The position numbers and the translations under genes were made by a program. Shown one piece after another: positions 22,865 to 25,844 of a stretch of 25,844 nucleotides of DNA (its first letter is position 1; each line of letters begins with the position of its first letter). The DNA comes from a virus. Its lineage: Duplodnaviria > Caudoviricetes. Below the pieces are notes generated by a model. The model had not been told where the DNA came from, made no database searches, and was given only the letters and a program-made list of their open reading frames with translations. The stretch spans positions 1 to 25,844 of the IMG/VR virus record IMGVR_UViG_3300016471_001133; one strand, written 5' to 3'.

Positions 22865-24586
22865 ATGCCCACGACAGTCAAGATTCGCCGCAGCGGCACC
22901 GCGTCGGCAACGCCGTCGGCGCTTGAGCACGGCGAGATCGCGATCAACTACGCCGACGGGAAGGTCTTCTGGAAAAATGCGAGCGACGTGATCACGTCGT
23001 TCACGTTCCAGAGTTACGCCCTCGCGTCGCACACGCACTCGATCTCGGATGTGACGGGGCTGCAAACCGCCCTCGATGGCAAGGCGGCAAGCAGTCATAC
23101 GCATTCGATCTCGGACGTGACCGGCTTGCAGACAGCGCTCGATGGGAAGGCGGCTTCCAGCCACACGCATTCGATTTCCGATGTGACCGGGTTACAGACG
23201 GCCCTCGACGGCAAGGCGTCGTCGTCGCACACGCATGCAGCGTCGGACATCACATCCGGCACGCTGGACATCGCCCGTATCCCGACGGGCTCGTCTTCGA
23301 GCACCGTGTGCATCGGAAACGACGCGAGGCTCTCCGACTCCCGCGCCCCGACGGGCAGTGCTGGCGGCTCGCTCGCAGGCACATACCCGAATCCGACGAT
23401 CGCCGCGAGCGGTGTGTCCGCAGCGTCATACGGCTCGGCAACGCAGGTCGCCACGTTCACCGTCGGCGCTGACGGCCGCCTCACTGCGGCGTCGAACACG
23501 ACGATCGCCATCGCGGCCAGTGCGGTGACATCCGGCACGCTGGACGCCGCCCGACTGCCTCTCGCGACGACGGGTGCTGCCGGGGCGATGATCGTTGGCA
23601 CGGGTCTTGGTGTCTCGTCTGGCACGGTGAGCGTGACTTACGGGACTAGCAACACCTCTGCCTGTCGCGGCGATGACAGTCGCTTGAGTGACACCCGCAC
23701 GCCGACCGATGGCAGCGTGACGACAGCGAAAATCGCCAACGACGCCGTCACCTACGCGAAAATCCAAAACGTCAGCGCCACCGACCGCCTGCTCGGTCGC
23801 TCGTCATCCGGTGCAGGCGACGTGGAGGAGATCACCTGTACGGCGTTCGGCCGATCGCTTATTGACGACGCCGACGCCGCAGCGGCACGCACCACTCTGA
23901 GCGTGCAGCCGACGGCGAGTCCTACATTCACGGGCAGCGTTGGGATCGGCAATGCTGCTGGGGGAAACTCTAGGCTGAATATAAACGGAACGTATACGTC
24001 ATCAACCGTTGACTGCCTTCCAGTGCATTGCAACGGGACTATACCCAGCACTACCGTTTCCCCCGGAGAGGCGCAGATATTCCGCAGCGCTGTTTCAACG
24101 GAAGCAGCATCTTTTACGCTTCCTAATTGGACGCACTACTACGCCAACCAAGGAACCATCGGAGCGGGGTCAAGCGTTACAAATCAGTTTGGCTTTCGCG
24201 CCGCTGGCGGGATCATTGGCGCGACCAACAACTACGGTTTCTACAGCGATATCGCCAGCGGCAGCGGACGGTGGAACTTCTACGCCAACGGGACGGCGCA
24301 AAACTATTTTGGCGGGCAAGTCCTCGTCACCGCAGGCAGCGTGTCAGCGTGCAGCGTCGCACCGAGCGGCGATCCGAATACGGGGCTGGTGTTCCCGTCG
24401 GCGGACGTTGTGACGTTGATTACAAATGGCAGCGAGCGGATGCGCGTCAAATCAACTGGTTCAGTTCGATTTCTACCTCTCGCGTCGGACCCTGCGTCTG
24501 GAAACGAAGCCGGAGATGTTTACTACAACTCAACCACAAACAAACTCAAGGTCTACAACGGCACCTCTTGGGTAGACCTGCACTAG
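22865..24586 (+). CDS. Tail fibre protein with an Mtd_N-like N-terminus and HxH repeats
   Basis: [32 protein letters not shown]; [18 protein letters not shown] repeats; C-terminal [20 protein letters not shown]. Confidence 0.8.
   Translation: MPTTVKIRRSGTASATPSALEHGEIAINYADGKVFWKNASDVITSFTFQSYALASHTHSISDVTGLQTALDGKAASSHTHSISDVTGLQTALDGKAASSHTHSISDVTGLQTALDGKASSSHTHAASDITSGTLDIARIPTGSSSSTVCIGNDARLSDSRAPTGSAGGSLAGTYPNPTIAASGVSAASYGSATQVATFTVGADGRLTAASNTTIAIAASAVTSGTLDAARLPLATTGAAGAMIVGTGLGVSSGTVSVTYGTSNTSACRGDDSRLSDTRTPTDGSVTTAKIANDAVTYAKIQNVSATDRLLGRSSSGAGDVEEITCTAFGRSLIDDADAAAARTTLSVQPTASPTFTGSVGIGNAAGGNSRLNINGTYTSSTVDCLPVHCNGTIPSTTVSPGEAQIFRSAVSTEAASFTLPNWTHYYANQGTIGAGSSVTNQFGFRAAGGIIGATNNYGFYSDIASGSGRWNFYANGTAQNYFGGQVLVTAGSVSACSVAPSGDPNTGLVFPSADVVTLITNGSERMRVKSTGSVRFLPLASDPASGNEAGDVYYNSTTNKLKVYNGTSWVDLH
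23027..23236 (+). repeat. 66-bp (22-aa) tandem repeat, three copies plus a partial copy
   Basis: HTH motifs start at 23030, 23096, 23162 and 23228. The amino-acid unit is essentially identical while the codons have diverged. Confidence 0.9.
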
Positions 24587-24594
24587 GAGTAACC

Positions 24595-24909
24595 ATGCCT
24601 GACATCCCCACGCTGTACGCCGCAGAGCCGCTCGCAATCTCCGCGACCTACGACAAACTGTGGGTGCGCGAGATCGTCATCTCCGCACAGTCAGTCGGCG
24701 GCGAAGCCGAAGCCCGCGTGACGCTGGTGCGGTTCAGGACGACCGCAGACGGCGTGGAAGAGGCACCCGCCGAGCCGGTGCGGCTCCACGTCAAAGACCT
24801 GCTCGCGGGGGCCGACTCCGATCCCGATCTCGCGGCTGCGGTCGGGGCGTTGATGAACTACGTGGCGAAGGTGGCACGCGAGGAAGGCGTCGTCGCGCCC
24901 GCCGACTGA
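24595..24909 (+). CDS. Hypothetical protein, possible fibre chaperone
   Basis: AGGAG RBS, ATG 24595, directly after the fibre gene. Function is inferred from position only. Confidence 0.6.
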   Translation: MPDIPTLYAAEPLAISATYDKLWVREIVISAQSVGGEAEARVTLVRFRTTADGVEEAPAEPVRLHVKDLLAGADSDPDLAAAVGALMNYVAKVAREEGVVAPAD

Positions 24910-25844
24910 TGGCGCGTATCGGAGAGATGCTGCGGTCGCAGATGATGCCGCAGCGTCGCCGAAGACGCACGCCGCTGCCCGGCGATCTCGCGGTCGTGAC
25001 GTGCCACTGGAACCCGGCCGGCTGGCAATCGCTGCGACGCAACTACCTGCGGTTCCTCCACGAGATGCGATGGTGGGCCGTCCCGACGTTCGCCGTCGAG
25101 GTCGCATACGACGGCCAGGACTTCGCGACCGACGATGCGTGGCTCCAGGTGCGTGGCACGGACCGAAACGTGCTCTGGCAAAAAGAGCGGCTCATCAACC
25201 TCGCCGTCGAGAGACTGCCGGAACGGTTCGACAAAGTGGCTTGGATCGACGCCGACATCCTGCTCCTTGATCCGCAGTGGGAAACGAGGCTACGGAACGA
25301 GCTCGAGCTCTCGCCCGTCGTGCAGCTGTGGAACCGCTGGCACTGTGCCGACCGTCTCGGCCGGGTCGGCGAGATCCTCGAATGTGTCGGCGATCTCTCG
25401 CAGCGGTACATCCGAGGGGAACTGTGCTCGCCAGGCGGAGCGTGGGCCGCGCGTCGCGAGGTGTTTCCGCTCTACGATCGCCACATCGTGGGCAGCGGAG
25501 ACGCGATGTGCATGGAGGCGTGGGTCGGCATGGACAAGAGCCGCTGCCTGCGACGATGCACGCCCGCGATGGCGGAAGATTTCTCCGCGTGGGGCGAGGC
25601 CGCACACGCTAAGGTCAAGGGCGACATCGCCTGCCTGCCGGGCGACGCCGTGCATCTGTACCACGGCACGCGGGCCGACCGGCAATATGTGGACCGCTGG
25701 CAGCCGGTGATCGACGCCGGATTCGATCCGCGAGAGCACGTCGAGGTGGACTCTGGCGGGCTCTTGGCGTGGACGGACGCGGCACCGCCCGAGCTCGTCG
25801 AGTGGGTGCGTGGATACTTCGCCAGCCGCAACGAGGACGGCTGA
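24909..25844 (+). CDS. GT-A-fold glycosyltransferase-like protein
   Basis: TGATG overlap; LWQKERLINLA, KVAWIDADILL (DxD), PGGAWAARR, GSGD and VHLYHG. Confidence 0.7.
   Translation: MARIGEMLRSQMMPQRRRRRTPLPGDLAVVTCHWNPAGWQSLRRNYLRFLHEMRWWAVPTFAVEVAYDGQDFATDDAWLQVRGTDRNVLWQKERLINLAVERLPERFDKVAWIDADILLLDPQWETRLRNELELSPVVQLWNRWHCADRLGRVGEILECVGDLSQRYIRGELCSPGGAWAARREVFPLYDRHIVGSGDAMCMEAWVGMDKSRCLRRCTPAMAEDFSAWGEAAHAKVKGDIACLPGDAVHLYHGTRADRQYVDRWQPVIDAGFDPREHVEVDSGGLLAWTDAAPPELVEWVRGYFASRNEDG

Noticed and set aside
21785-24586. Diversity-generating retroelement suggested by Mtd_N-like domains
   Set aside because: I found no reverse transcriptase, no TR/VR pair differing at adenines and no C-type lectin tip in the window.

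Overview
A GC-rich temperate tailed-phage (or prophage) segment with almost all genes on the + strand. A Planctomycetota-like host is my inference only. From left to right: the 5' part of a divergent tyrosine recombinase (runs off the window edge); an HTH regulator with two operator-bearing sigma70-type promoters; early genes (stand-alone Prim-Pol, RecT); a ParB-like/MT-A70 methyltransferase with a putative nuclease partner; a replication initiator, LexA-like HTH, HNH and a phage-borne beta-clamp; RusA; three glycosyltransferases; an exported thioredoxin / papain-like protease / membrane-protein block; tail-fibre genes; and a fourth glycosyltransferase. The standout is 10975-13389, an integron-type cassette array inside the phage operon. 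It has four ~90-bp attC sites with canonical geometry on the MINUS strand, an attI-like simple site at the right end, and four cassettes whose ends are complementary over 8-10 bp. Every cassette ORF is antisense to the usual cassette polarity and begins in, or is translationally coupled through, its own attC. Three of the four cargo genes look like DNA-modification enzymes. No intI gene is adjacent. All product calls come from reading motifs by eye; no searches were run.
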